NCBI GenBank assembly: GCA_964370855.1
Contig: CAYJMF010000003.1
Coordinates: 20,272-84,271 of the forward strand
Direction: 5' to 3'
Source of the DNA: an uncultured Planctomycetota bacterium
Lineage (GTDB): Bacteria; Planctomycetota; JAJSAM01; JAKLKS01
DNA: 64,000 nt
The notes beneath the pieces are model-generated. The model saw nothing but the letters and a program-made list of their open reading frames with translations. It did no database searches and was not told the origin of the DNA. This document shows positions 37,721 through 48,380 of this stretch, one piece after another (position 1 is the first letter of the stretch; the number at the start of each line of letters is the position of its first letter). Made by a program: the position numbers and the translations under genes.

Positions 37721-38716
37721 ATGCCCCCCACCTGGGACCCGCTCAACGACGACCCGCAGACCGGGGACTCCATCCCGGTCGCCTTCCTCGAGCTCGAGGG
37801 GCGGACCGTGGAGCTCCGGAAGGGGTTCGCCGGCGCAACCGCGCCCGCCTCCCCCGAGGAGGGGCAGGTCTGGGTGGACACCTCGGCGATCCCCCACCGG
37901 GTCTACCGCTACCTCCTCATCGACGGGGGGAACCCCTCTTGGCAGCCCGTTGGGCCGCTCTCCCGGCTCCCGGGCTCCATCAACGGGGACCCGTCCCTCG
38001 TGGACGACCGGCTGGCGCCCTTCGAGTACCTGGCGCTCCGCCTCGAGAACCGCAACGCCTTCCCTGCCCCCTCCCCCACCAACCCCGGGCTCCTCGTCTA
38101 CCGGCTCGCCGACGGCGAGGTCTGTGTCGCCGACGAGCCGGTCTCGGGGGGCTGGAAGGGGCTCCTCAGCGTGACGCCCGGGGCCTCCTACGACACGGTC
38201 GAGCTCCCCCTCGAGGGCGACCTCGGGAACGACGCCACGGACCCGCCGACCAAGGTCCGCAAGGGCGCTCTCGAGGGCTGGCTCTTCGACGCGACGGCCG
38301 AGAAGCGGACCTTCGCCTTTGTGGTCCCCCGGAACTGGCAGGGGGCCTCGGACCTCAGGCTCCGGGTGTTCCAGGTCCTCGGCCAGGCCGAGGCCGCGGG
38401 GAACGACATCGAGTGGACCGGCGAGGTCCGGACCCTCGTCCCGGCGCAGGAGAGCGTCACCAAGGGGCCGACGGCACTGGCGGACGCTGTGACCGACATC
38501 GGGGCCGACCCCGAGGGCACCGGCGACGGGGGCGGTCCGCACCTGACCGAGCTCGTCGTCGACCACGACGACGCCCTGAACCCCGTCTCCACGGGGTGCC
38601 TGGTGCTGGCGACCCTCTGGCGGAAGACGGTCGGGGGCGGGGGGAAGGCCAGCGGGACGGTGGTCTTCCGGGTGGAGCTCGCCTACGCGCAGCGCCCCCG
38701 CCACGAGAGGGCCTGA
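37721..38716 (+). CDS. phage-related hypothetical protein (paralog of truncated copy at 59377-60087)
   Basis: 331 aa. C-terminal 236 aa ~75-80% identical to minus-strand copy. Confidence 0.55.
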   Translation: MPPTWDPLNDDPQTGDSIPVAFLELEGRTVELRKGFAGATAPASPEEGQVWVDTSAIPHRVYRYLLIDGGNPSWQPVGPLSRLPGSINGDPSLVDDRLAPFEYLALRLENRNAFPAPSPTNPGLLVYRLADGEVCVADEPVSGGWKGLLSVTPGASYDTVELPLEGDLGNDATDPPTKVRKGALEGWLFDATAEKRTFAFVVPRNWQGASDLRLRVFQVLGQAEAAGNDIEWTGEVRTLVPAQESVTKGPTALADAVTDIGADPEGTGDGGGPHLTELVVDHDDALNPVSTGCLVLATLWRKTVGGGGKASGTVVFRVELAYAQRPRHERA

Positions 38717-38719
38717 CAC

Positions 38720-38908
38720 ATGGAACCGCTCCTCCTCGAGGTCGCCAAGCAGGTTCCGGCGCTGCTGGTCCTGGTCCTCCTCGTCAACCGCTTCCTCGCC
38801 GCGCTCAAGGAGCGGGACGACGGGTTCCGGCAGGTGCTGTCGGAGGCCATCGCCACGCAGAAGGAGACGAACCAGATGCTCGGGCGCGTGGGCCAGGCCC
38901 TCGACTAG
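38720..38908 (+). CDS. small membrane protein (holin-like?)
   Basis: 62 aa, single TM VPALLVLVLLVNRFLAAL. Confidence 0.35.
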   Translation: MEPLLLEVAKQVPALLVLVLLVNRFLAALKERDDGFRQVLSEAIATQKETNQMLGRVGQALD

Positions 38909-39002
38909 CAGACCGAGGACGCCGCCCGCACCCGGAAGGTCCTGCACGACACTCAGGAGGCGCTCGCCTCCACCCACCGGGGCTGAGCCCCAGGAGAACG
39001 CC

Positions 39003-39497
39003 ATGCGACTCGTCGTCCTCGCCGCGCTGATGCTCGTCGTCCTCGCTTCCGGCTGCGCCACCGGGCGCGCCGACGCCGGCGCCGCGAACCCGACGCTCTC
39101 CTGGTCCGCCGGCGTGCTGGCCGTCGAGCGCGCCGAGACCGTCCGCACCGAGGTCCAGGTCACCGGCTGGCCCCTCGGCATGGACCGCTGGACCCCGGAG
39201 CAGATCGCCGCCTTCGTCCAGGCCCGCGGCACCGCCGGGAACCCCGGGGGCGTGGGCGACCTGTTCTATTCGAGGCAGGACATCAAGGTCGGCACCGACC
39301 AGCGCGGCGGGAGCGGCTCTGCCACCCAGGAGACTCCCGTCCACCTGAACGCCGACCTCTCCGGCGCCGCCATCGGGGCCGCCAGGGCCGCGGGGGAGGC
39401 GCTCGGGCTCGGGACCGGGAAAGCCGCCGCGGCCCCCGCGGCCGGCGCCACCAAGCCCCCGCCCGCCCCCGCCGAGCCTCCCCCCAACGGGAAGTAG
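39003..39497 (+). CDS. lipoprotein (spanin-like?)
   Basis: Lipobox VVLASGC after signal peptide. Confidence 0.45.
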   Translation: MRLVVLAALMLVVLASGCATGRADAGAANPTLSWSAGVLAVERAETVRTEVQVTGWPLGMDRWTPEQIAAFVQARGTAGNPGGVGDLFYSRQDIKVGTDQRGGSGSATQETPVHLNADLSGAAIGAARAAGEALGLGTGKAAAAPAAGATKPPPAPAEPPPNGK

Positions 39498-39500
39498 CCC

Positions 39501-39740
39501 GTGCCCGCCCGCTTCCCCGGCACCCTCCTCCTCGCCCTGGACCTCGGCCTCATCCCCACGGGAAAGCGGCGGTACTCCGTCGCGGGGGAGGTCGTGGACA
39601 TCCCCGTCGCGGCCCTCGGGGCCGCGGTCGTCGGGGACTACCCGAACCTGCTTCGGGAGAGGCAGCACCACGAGAACCTCTGGCACTGGTGCGTAGCGAA
39701 TGCACTCGCAGTGCCGGGCGCAATCGCGCCAGTGAAGTAG
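39501..39740 (+). CDS. small hypothetical protein
   Basis: 79 aa ORF following lipoprotein. Confidence 0.25.
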   Translation: MPARFPGTLLLALDLGLIPTGKRRYSVAGEVVDIPVAALGAAVVGDYPNLLRERQHHENLWHWCVANALAVPGAIAPVK

Positions 39741-39961
39741 AGAGAGACCGACCGGTACCACCATCGAGGCGAGGGACCTTGTGCGTCCAAGATGGGCCTG
39801 ACTCGGCCCTCTCTGCCCCGCTCGCGTGGACCTTGTCTCCGTTGCCTGCGCTACGCCGTGAGCATGACAAAGCTGCACTCCCTGGATGAACGCGCGTCGG
39901 TTACCCTTGCCGGAACTAATGGGGTTCGAGCCCCACTGCCGGTAACCGGAGTCGCCATCGC

Positions 39962-42304
39962 ATGGACCAAGCATCCCACAACAAGATTGTCTCTTTCATC
40001 TGGGGCATCGCCGACGACGTCCTCCGCGACCTCTTCGTGCGCGGCAAGTACCGCGACGTCATCTTGCCCATGTTCGTGATTCGCCGCCTCGACGCCGTGC
40101 TCGAGCCGACGAAGAAGCAGGTCATCGAGACCAAGGCGATGCTCGACCAGGCCGGCATCACCGAGCAGCACGCGGCCCTTTGCAAGGCGTCTGGCCAGGC
40201 GTTCTACAACACGTCGAAGTTCAGCCTCCGCGACCTTAAGTCACGCGGGAACCAGCAGCAGCTCAAGGCGGACTTCGACGACTACCTCGACGGGTTCGCG
40301 CAGAACGTGCAGGACATCCTGACCAATTTCGAGTTCAGGAACGTACTCGCTCGCCTCTCGAAGAGCGACGCGCTCGGCACCCTCATCGAGAAGTTCCTCG
40401 ACCCCGAAGTCAACCTGAGCCCGAACCCGGTGCTCAACGGCAACGGTACGATGAAGCACCCGGGGATGGACAACCACTCCATGGGGACCGTCTTCGAGGA
40501 ACTGGTTCGCCGCTTCAACGAGGAGAACAACGAGGAGGCCGGCGAGCACTGGACGCCGCGCGATGCCGTGCGCCTGATGACCACGCTGATGTTTCGGCCC
40601 ATCGCCGATCGCGTGAAGGCGGGCTCGTACCTCCTCTACGACTGCGCCTGCGGCACCGGCGGCATGCTCACCGTGGCCGAGGAGACGCTGCAGGCACTCG
40701 CGGCGACTCACAAGCAGAAGGTCGTCACGCACCTCTACGGGCAGGAGATCAACCCGGAGACGTACGCGATCTGCAAGGCCGACATGCTACTGAAGGGCGA
40801 GGGCGAGAACGCGGACCACATCGTCGGCGGCGCGGAGTGGTCGACGCTCTCGCACGACGCGTTCCCGGCCCGGGAGTTCGACTTCATGCTCGCCAACCCG
40901 CCCTACGGGAAGAGCTGGAAGAAGGACCTCGAGGCGATGGGCGGCAAGGAAGGGATGCGCGACCCGCGCTTCAAGGTGATGCACTGGGGCGAGGAGCTGT
41001 CCCTCGTCACGCGTTCGAGCGACGGCCAGCTCCTGTTCCTCGCGAACATGGCCTCGAAGATGAACCACAAGTCGGCGCTCGGTAGCCGTATCGCCGAGGT
41101 CCACAACGGCTCATCGCTGTTCACCGGCGACGCGGGTTCGGGCGAGAGCAACATCCGGCGCTGGCTCTTCGAGAACGACTGGGTCGAGGCGATCATCGCC
41201 CTGCCGCTCAAGCTCTTCTACAACACCGGCATCGCGACGTACGTCTGGGTGCTCTCGAACCGGAAAGCCGGGCCTCGCAAGGGCAAGGTGCAGCTCATCG
41301 ACGCCACGCAGTGGTTCAAGCCACTGCGCAAGAACCTCGGCGAGAAGAGTTGCGAGCTCTCGGACGACGACGTGCAGAAGGTCATGGCTGCGTACGACGC
41401 CCTCGCCGAGACCGAGCAGTCCAAGATCTTCGCAAACGAGGCCTTCGGCTACCGGAAGGTGACGGTCGAGCGGCCGCTCCGTTTGCACAGCCAGCTCACG
41501 ACGGAGGCCATCGAGTCGCTGCGGTTCGCCTCGGGCGACGAGGACATCCGCAGCGCGCTCTACGACGAGCTGGGCGACGCGCTCATCGACGACTTCCCGA
41601 CGGTTAGGGCCGCGATCGAGAAGCGGCTCGCCGAGTGGGGCGCGGGCGACGGAGGCGACGAAGACGAGGGCGACGAAGAGACCTCCAAGAAGGGCCTGCC
41701 CGAGAAGAAGAAGAAGAAGCTTCTCGACCCAAAGACCTGGGAGCGCGACGGGCGCCTCGTCGAGGCCGCCACGAAGCTGAAGCAGGCGCTCGGCGACGGC
41801 GTCTTCACGGACCACAACGAGTTCCGCCGCAAGGTCGGCGATGCCCTCGACAATGCCGAGGTTAAGCTCGGTACCGCCGACCTGAAACAGCTCCTTCGTA
41901 CCGTGAGCTGGCGCGACGAGTCGGCGCCCCCGGTCATCGCGAGGGTCCACAGGCCGAGCAAGGCCACACCCGACCCGCTGCACGGCCGGTTCGGGGGGAC
42001 CATCGACGGCAAGCGCTGCGTCGTCGAGTACGAGCCCGACAGCGACTTGCGGGACAGCGAGCAGGTGCCTCTTCTCGAGGACGGCGGGATCGAGGCGTTC
42101 ATCCAGCGCGAAGTGCTCCCGTACACGCCGGATGCGTGGGTCGACGAGAGCAAGACCCAGATCGGCTACGAGGTGAGCTTCACGCGTCACTTCTACAAGC
42201 CGCAGCGCCTGCGCACGCTCGACGAGATCGCGGCCGACATCGTGGCGACGGAGAAAGAGGCCGAAGGCCTGCTCGAAGGCCTCGTGAAGCGGGGGGCGGC
42301 ATGA
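39962..42304 (+). CDS. hsdM: type I restriction-modification system methyltransferase subunit
   Basis: HsdM_N-like N-terminus. NPPYG motif (FMLANPPYG). AdoMet-binding region. Confidence 0.9.
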   Translation: MDQASHNKIVSFIWGIADDVLRDLFVRGKYRDVILPMFVIRRLDAVLEPTKKQVIETKAMLDQAGITEQHAALCKASGQAFYNTSKFSLRDLKSRGNQQQLKADFDDYLDGFAQNVQDILTNFEFRNVLARLSKSDALGTLIEKFLDPEVNLSPNPVLNGNGTMKHPGMDNHSMGTVFEELVRRFNEENNEEAGEHWTPRDAVRLMTTLMFRPIADRVKAGSYLLYDCACGTGGMLTVAEETLQALAATHKQKVVTHLYGQEINPETYAICKADMLLKGEGENADHIVGGAEWSTLSHDAFPAREFDFMLANPPYGKSWKKDLEAMGGKEGMRDPRFKVMHWGEELSLVTRSSDGQLLFLANMASKMNHKSALGSRIAEVHNGSSLFTGDAGSGESNIRRWLFENDWVEAIIALPLKLFYNTGIATYVWVLSNRKAGPRKGKVQLIDATQWFKPLRKNLGEKSCELSDDDVQKVMAAYDALAETEQSKIFANEAFGYRKVTVERPLRLHSQLTTEAIESLRFASGDEDIRSALYDELGDALIDDFPTVRAAIEKRLAEWGAGDGGDEDEGDEETSKKGLPEKKKKKLLDPKTWERDGRLVEAATKLKQALGDGVFTDHNEFRRKVGDALDNAEVKLGTADLKQLLRTVSWRDESAPPVIARVHRPSKATPDPLHGRFGGTIDGKRCVVEYEPDSDLRDSEQVPLLEDGGIEAFIQREVLPYTPDAWVDESKTQIGYEVSFTRHFYKPQRLRTLDEIAADIVATEKEAEGLLEGLVKRGAA

Positions 42305-43671
42305 TCGAGGAGCTGAAGGCTTACAGCGCCTTCAAGGCGACCGGCTTGCCCTGGCTGGAGCGGATTCCGTCGCACTGGAACCTCGTTCCCAATCGCGCAT
42401 TGGTGCGGCGCCGCAAGCAGCTCGTGGGTCGCAACCATCACCGATACAGGTTGCTATCGCTGACGAAGCAGGGGGTCATCGTTCGCGACGTCGCGTCAGG
42501 CAAGGGAAAGTTCTCCTCCGACATGGGAACTTCGCAGGAAGTACGCGACGGAGATCTCGTCTTCTGCTTCTTCGACGTGCCCGAGACACCGCGGACCGTG
42601 GGGCTGTCTCCCCACCACGGGATGATCACCGGCGCGTACACGGTCCTCGAGCCGCTTCGGCCCGGCGTCGCGCCGTATTTCGAGTTGTTCTATCGGGCGA
42701 TGGACGACTCGAAGCTACTGAGTCCGCTCTACTCGGGCCTGAGGAACACGATTCCGGTCGATCGTTTCCTCGGAACGAAGAGTCCGCTTCCGCCGCCCGA
42801 GGAGCAGGGGGCCATCGTTCGCTTCCTGGATCACGCGAACCGTCACATCGACCGGTTCATCCGGGCGAAGAAGAAGGTTATCGCGCTGCTTCAGGAGCAG
42901 AAGCTCGTCATCGTTCAGCGACGTGTACTCGGCGGCTTGCGCACTCAGGCTGTCCTGAGGCCGAGCGGCATCAGCGGGGTTGGACACATCCCGGCTGACT
43001 GGGACGTGATTCCGACCCGGCACCTGTTTCGCCAGGTAACTCGACGTGACATCACCGGCACCGAACCGAAGATGTCGATGTCCAGGCACCTCGGTCTGGT
43101 GCGCAGCGACGTCCTTCACGCAAACCGAGCAGCGCAGGCTGCTACTGCGGTCGCCTTCTCCGTCTGCCATCCGGGCGACCTAGTCGTGAACAAGTACCAG
43201 GCGCACGCTGGTCTCTTTGGAGCCGCGACCGAACGTGGGCTGATCACCGCGAACTACTCTGTGTTCGCCCCCACCGAGCGAGCGTTCACCCCGTACTTCG
43301 CTCTGCTCTACACGAGCAGCGCGTACCGGACGATCTTCCGGATCGCGAGTCGCGGAGTCGGAGACGGAATGATGCCCCTGTACACGAGTGCTTTCCACCG
43401 AGTGCCGAGTGTCGTCCCGCCACTTGGCGAACAGCGCGAGATCGTCACCACCGTAGAGCGCGAGACAGCAGGCATCGCTGGTGCAATCGCGATCATCGAG
43501 CGCCAGGTTCAGCAGATCGAAGAGTACCGCGCTCGTCTAGTCGCGGACGTCGTGACCGGCCAGTTCGATGTCCGCACGGCCGCCGCGGGCCTGCCCGTCG
43601 TCGAGCCCGATGGCGCACCGACCGAGTCCGAAGGCGACGAGACCGACATCGAAGACGGCGAGGCAGCATGA
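42301..43671 (+). CDS. hsdS: type I RM specificity subunit
   Basis: ATGA-coupled to hsdM. Two target-recognition-domain repeats with conserved central/terminal helices. Confidence 0.8.
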   Translation: MIEELKAYSAFKATGLPWLERIPSHWNLVPNRALVRRRKQLVGRNHHRYRLLSLTKQGVIVRDVASGKGKFSSDMGTSQEVRDGDLVFCFFDVPETPRTVGLSPHHGMITGAYTVLEPLRPGVAPYFELFYRAMDDSKLLSPLYSGLRNTIPVDRFLGTKSPLPPPEEQGAIVRFLDHANRHIDRFIRAKKKVIALLQEQKLVIVQRRVLGGLRTQAVLRPSGISGVGHIPADWDVIPTRHLFRQVTRRDITGTEPKMSMSRHLGLVRSDVLHANRAAQAATAVAFSVCHPGDLVVNKYQAHAGLFGAATERGLITANYSVFAPTERAFTPYFALLYTSSAYRTIFRIASRGVGDGMMPLYTSAFHRVPSVVPPLGEQREIVTTVERETAGIAGAIAIIERQVQQIEEYRARLVADVVTGQFDVRTAAAGLPVVEPDGAPTESEGDETDIEDGEAA

Positions 43672-46600
43672 CCACGGACACCTCCGAGAAGGGCCTCGAA
43701 GGCCTCATCGTTCGTTCGATGACCGGTCGAATCGACCTGCTCTCGCCACCCTACGTGGCGAACGAGACTTCGACGCCGGTCGCCGGTGGTACCGGCTGGA
43801 TCCTCGGCGACCCGAAGCACTACGACCGTGGCGCCTGCGTCGATCTCGTCCAGCTCCGTGGCTTCGTGATGGCCACGCAACCCGAACTCGTCGACAAGCT
43901 CTCGCTCGAGAACGACACGCCGACACGCCGCCAGTTCCTCGCCCGCCTCGAGAAAGAGGTCGGCAAGCGTGGCGTCATCGACGTGCTGCGGAAGGGCGTT
44001 GACCACGGCCCCCTGCACGTCGACCTCTTCTACGGCACCCCCTCACCGGGCAACGACAAGGCCGCAGAACGCTTCGCGTGCAACCGCTTCAGCGTCACTC
44101 GGCAGCTCGCCTACAGCCGCGACGAGACGCGGCGCGCCCTCGACCTAGGCCTGTTCATCAACGGCCTTCCCATCGCGACCTTCGAGCTGAAGAACAGCCT
44201 CACCAAGCAGACCGTCGAGGACGCGGTCGAGCAGTATCGCCGTGACCGGGATCCGCGCGAGCCGTTGTTTGCGTTCGGCCGGTGCGCCGTTCACTTCGCC
44301 GTCGACGACAGCGAGGTTCGGTTCTGCACCGAGCTGAGGGGCAGGGGCTCGTGGTTCCTCCCATTCAACAAGGGTTACAACGACGGTGCCGGCAACCCGC
44401 CGAACCCGAACGGGCTCAAGACCTCCTACCTCTGGGAGGAGGTCCTCGCGCCGCGTGGGCTCACTGACATCCTCGAGAACTACGCGCAGATCGTCGAGGA
44501 GACCGACCGCCGCTCGGGCAAGAGGAAGCAGAAGCAGGTCTTTCCGCGCTTCCACCAGCTCGACGTGGTTCGCAAGGTCCTCGCCGACACCCGCAAGGTC
44601 GGCGCCGGGCATCGCTACCTCGTCCAGCACTCGGCGGGCAGCGGTAAGTCCAACTCGATCGCCTGGCTCGCCCACCAGCTCATCGCGGTGAAGCAGCCCG
44701 ACGGCAAGGACACGTTTGACTCCATCATCGTCGTCACCGACCGCCGCATCCTCGACGAGCAAATCCAGGCGAACATCAAGCAGTTCGCGCAGGTGAGCGC
44801 GGTGGTCGGCGCGGTCACCGGCTCGGGCACATCGAAGACGCAGCAGCTGTCGAAGTACCTGGAGTCGGGCAAGAAGATCATCATCAGCACCGTCCAGACG
44901 TTCCCGTTCCTCCTCAAGGAGATCGGTGACGCGCACCGCGGGCGCCGCTTCGCCATCATCATCGACGAGGCGCACTCCAGCCAGGGCGGCAAGACCGCAT
45001 CGGCGATGAGCGAAGCCCTCGCGGAGGCGGCCGAAGACCCCGAGGACGTCGTCAACGACGAGCTTCAGCGCCGCATGGATGCGCGCAAGATGCTCACCAA
45101 CGCGAGCTACTTCGCGTTCACCGCAACCCCGAAGAACAAGACGCTGGAGATCTTCGGCGACGCGCTCCCGCCCGACGCCGAGGGCAAGGTCCAGCACCGC
45201 CCGTTTCACAGCTACACGATGAAGCAGGCCGTGCAGGAGGGTTTCATCCTCGACGTGCTCAAGTCGTACACGCCGGTGAACAGCTACTACAAGCTGGTCA
45301 AGACCATCGAGGGCGACCCCGAGTTCGACGTGAAGAAGGCGCGCAAGAAGCTGCGCCGGTACGTCGAGAGCCACGACACCGCGATCCGGCTGAAGTCCGA
45401 GATCATGGTCGACCACTTCCACGAGCAGGTGATCGCGCTCGGGAAGATCAAGGGGCAGGCTCGCGCGATGGTCGTGACCAACGGCATCGAGCGCGCGGTG
45501 CAGTACTACACCGCCTTCAAGGACTACCTCGTCGAGCGGAAGAGCCCCTTCAAGGCAATCGTCGCCTTCTCGGGGGAACACGACTTCGGCGACGGCAAGG
45601 TGACCGAGTCGTCGCTCAACGGCTTTCCGTCGTCGGAGATCCCGGATCGCATCCAAGAGGACCCGTACCGGTTCCTCATCTGCGCCGACAAGTTCCAGAC
45701 CGGGTACGACGAGCCGCTTCTCCACGCGATGTACGTCGACAAGGGGCTCTCGGGCATCAAGGCGGTGCAGACACTCTCGCGCCTGAACCGCGCGCACCCC
45801 GACAAGCACGACGTCTTCGTGCTCGACTTCCAGAACGACGTCGAGGGGATCACCAAGGCCTTCGCCGACTACTACCGCACGACGGTCCTCAGTGAAGAGA
45901 CGGACCCCAACAAGCTCCACGACCTGAAGGCGGCGCTCGACGGCTGGCAGGTCTACTCGCCGGAGCAGGTGGAAGAGATCAGCGCGCTGTTCCTCGGCGG
46001 CGCGCAGCGCGACAGGCTCGACCCGATCTTGGACGCATGCGTCGCCGTGTACCTCGAGCGCCTCGACGAGGACGGTCAGGTCGATTTCAAGGGGAAGGCC
46101 AAGGAGTTCACGCGCACCTACGAATTCCTCGCCTCGATCCTGCCGTACTCGAACCCCGGCTGGGAGAAGCTGTCGATCCTGCTGAACTTCCTCATCCCGA
46201 AGTTGCCTGCGCCGAAGGAAGAGGACCTGTCGAAGGGGATTCTCGAGTCCATCGACATGGACAGCTACCGCGTCGAGAAACAGGCGATGCAGAAGCTCCA
46301 TCTCCCCGACGACGCGGCTGTGATCGACCCAGTTCCCATCGCTGGAGGAGGGCGCAAGGGGGAACCCGAGCTCGACCGGCTGTCAAACATCCTCAAGAGC
46401 TTCAATGAGCAGTTCGGCACGTTGTTCGAGGATGCCGATCGAGTCGCGCGTCGCTTCCGCGAGGACATCGCGCCCAAGGTTGCCGCCGACCCTGCCTACC
46501 AGAACGCCAAGCTCAACACGCCGCAGACTGCGCGCATCGAGCACGACAAGGCGCTCGCCACGGTGATGCTCGAGCTGCTCAAGGACGACACCGAGGTCTA

Positions 46601-47087
46601 CAAGCAGTTCGTCCAGAACCCGTCGTTCAAGCGCTTTGTTACGGACATGGTGTTCGGCCTGACCTCGGGCAGTACGTCACCAGTTACCGTGAAACAGCCT
46701 TCGTCGCGCCCTCCCGGCAAGTACGAGGCGCTCGAGGAGCGGCTCGCGCAGTCGTCGGATCCTCGCGATCGGCTCGGCGCGGTGCTCCTCGGCTTGTTGG
46801 AAAAGGGTCGACGCATCACGCTCGGCGACGCAATCCGAGCGGCCGAGGAGCTGGGCCTGAGCGACGACGACGCGCTCGCGGCGGTGGAACGCCTGGCGCG
46901 GCCGCTTACGGCGGGCCTGCAGAGGTTCTACGTTGACCGATCGGCCGTCCAGGCTCGCATCGTCAGCGCCGCAGAAGTGCGGGAGCGTTCCACGAAGGCG
47001 ACGGATAGTCGACGAGAGTGGGCGTCGGTCGTCGAGGTCGTGTGGGCAGCGAGTGAGGCCAACGCGATCGCCGGAGGCGCGGCGTGA
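43668..47087 (+). CDS. hsdR: type I restriction enzyme R subunit
   Basis: SF2 helicase motifs (GSGKSNS, DEAHSSQ). ATGA-coupled to hsdS. Confidence 0.9.
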   Translation: MTTDTSEKGLEGLIVRSMTGRIDLLSPPYVANETSTPVAGGTGWILGDPKHYDRGACVDLVQLRGFVMATQPELVDKLSLENDTPTRRQFLARLEKEVGKRGVIDVLRKGVDHGPLHVDLFYGTPSPGNDKAAERFACNRFSVTRQLAYSRDETRRALDLGLFINGLPIATFELKNSLTKQTVEDAVEQYRRDRDPREPLFAFGRCAVHFAVDDSEVRFCTELRGRGSWFLPFNKGYNDGAGNPPNPNGLKTSYLWEEVLAPRGLTDILENYAQIVEETDRRSGKRKQKQVFPRFHQLDVVRKVLADTRKVGAGHRYLVQHSAGSGKSNSIAWLAHQLIAVKQPDGKDTFDSIIVVTDRRILDEQIQANIKQFAQVSAVVGAVTGSGTSKTQQLSKYLESGKKIIISTVQTFPFLLKEIGDAHRGRRFAIIIDEAHSSQGGKTASAMSEALAEAAEDPEDVVNDELQRRMDARKMLTNASYFAFTATPKNKTLEIFGDALPPDAEGKVQHRPFHSYTMKQAVQEGFILDVLKSYTPVNSYYKLVKTIEGDPEFDVKKARKKLRRYVESHDTAIRLKSEIMVDHFHEQVIALGKIKGQARAMVVTNGIERAVQYYTAFKDYLVERKSPFKAIVAFSGEHDFGDGKVTESSLNGFPSSEIPDRIQEDPYRFLICADKFQTGYDEPLLHAMYVDKGLSGIKAVQTLSRLNRAHPDKHDVFVLDFQNDVEGITKAFADYYRTTVLSEETDPNKLHDLKAALDGWQVYSPEQVEEISALFLGGAQRDRLDPILDACVAVYLERLDEDGQVDFKGKAKEFTRTYEFLASILPYSNPGWEKLSILLNFLIPKLPAPKEEDLSKGILESIDMDSYRVEKQAMQKLHLPDDAAVIDPVPIAGGGRKGEPELDRLSNILKSFNEQFGTLFEDADRVARRFREDIAPKVAADPAYQNAKLNTPQTARIEHDKALATVMLELLKDDTEVYKQFVQNPSFKRFVTDMVFGLTSGSTSPVTVKQPSSRPPGKYEALEERLAQSSDPRDRLGAVLLGLLEKGRRITLGDAIRAAEELGLSDDDALAAVERLARPLTAGLQRFYVDRSAVQARIVSAAEVRERSTKATDSRREWASVVEVVWAASEANAIAGGAA

Positions 47088-47695
47088 CCAAGGTTGACCC
47101 GGAGTCCTCCCTCGAGCGGTTCCTCGGCCTCCTCGAGGGGCACAACTCCAACCTGAAGGAGCTTCTGCTCGCCAAGACCGAGCCGGAGTTCATCGGGGCC
47201 ACGGAAGGTGCGATCGAGCGCGCGATGAAGACCATCGAGAACGGCTCGAAGGAGTACGCGGCGCTGCACGAGCCGGGGCTGTCGCATCTCCTCGCGGATT
47301 GCCTGAACCTCATGGGATGGCGCGCGACAGCCGAGACGAACAACAACGGCCACGTAGACGTCGTCGTGGAGTGCGCGTTCGGCAGGCACTGGAAGTACCT
47401 GGGTGAGTGCAAGCTCCACAAGGGCTACCAGTACCACGTCGATGGGTGTGCGCAGCTCCTCGGCTACTGCACCGGCCGCGAGCCGCGCGCGTTCTGCCTG
47501 GACTTCATCAGTGCGACCGATGCCTTCAAGAAGATGAAGAAGCTCCGTGCCGAGTTGGACGAAAAGCGCCCGCTCAAGCAGAAGGCCGCTGGCGCCGATC
47601 ACCGCATTCTTGGGGCCTTCCTCACGAGTCACGATCACGAGAGCGGCGCCGTCGTCGAGATCCTACACCTCGGCTGCTCTGTACCGAGCCCGTGA
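47084..47695 (+). CDS. PD-(D/E)xK-like small protein coupled to hsdR
   Basis: GTGA overlap with hsdR stop. 'GHVDVVVECAFGRHWKYLGECK' resembles D-(D/E)xK nuclease core. Confidence 0.45.
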   Translation: MTKVDPESSLERFLGLLEGHNSNLKELLLAKTEPEFIGATEGAIERAMKTIENGSKEYAALHEPGLSHLLADCLNLMGWRATAETNNNGHVDVVVECAFGRHWKYLGECKLHKGYQYHVDGCAQLLGYCTGREPRAFCLDFISATDAFKKMKKLRAELDEKRPLKQKAAGADHRILGAFLTSHDHESGAVVEILHLGCSVPSP

Positions 47696-48007
47696 CGCGA
47701 ATAGCGGGCCCGCGGCAGCCGAGTTGCCGTTATCCCAGTTTGAGTCCCGCGCTGCCAAGGCATTCATCAACGTGGAACTTCCACATGACGCAGCAATCCT
47801 CGGCTGGCGAGCGCGAGGTGAAGGAGGCCCTCCGCACGACCCTTCTCAAGTACCATCTCACCACCAGGACATCGAACTTCTCGAGCAGGCCTCCGGGTAC
47901 CTTCGGCAGTACTCCTTGCTGCCGCTCGTGCCAGGTGATTCGGCTCAGTCGCGCCAGTGAGTTGGACTCCCGGCACCGCCCCTACTTGAAGAGCTTAACC
48001 AAGTCGT

Positions 48008-48310
48008 TCAAGGCAACGAACAGGCGTGCGGCACGACCTCGATGAGGGTCGTGCGCCCCATTCCACCCCCCATCTCAGTCCTCCAATGGGTACCACAGGT
48101 GCCATCCGGGAGCAGCTCAATGAGCCGCCCGTCGAAGTGCTGGTCCGGGCGCCAGTGCCGGGGGAACCAGCCCGTCTCCCGAAGGACCTCCTGGATCACG
48201 GAGTGGATGAGGCTGGCCCGCGCCACTCCCCGCCGCAGCCCCCTCCGTTCCGGGACGTTCAGGTGCCACATTTCGACGAGCTTCCGGATCAACTCCCGCT
48301 CGTCGGGCAT
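48008..48310 (-). CDS. small hypothetical protein downstream of pnkp
   Basis: MPDERELIRKLVEMWHLNVPERRG... ~100 aa. Same strand as RNA-repair operon. Confidence 0.35.
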   Translation of the reverse strand: MPDERELIRKLVEMWHLNVPERRGLRRGVARASLIHSVIQEVLRETGWFPRHWRPDQHFDGRLIELLPDGTCGTHWRTEMGGGMGRTTLIEVVPHACSLP

Positions 48311-48380
48311 CTCCAAGGGCGACCACTCCCCCCCGTCGGCGTCCGAGGATGCCGAGTCGCCCCCCCTTCCATCCCCCCCC

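Noticed and set aside
39915-39950. tRNA-like T-arm motif TGGGGTTCGAGCCCCA upstream of hsdM
   Set aside because: The loop is 6 nt rather than 7. No acceptor, anticodon or D arms can be paired. Likely a chance hairpin or highly degraded remnant.
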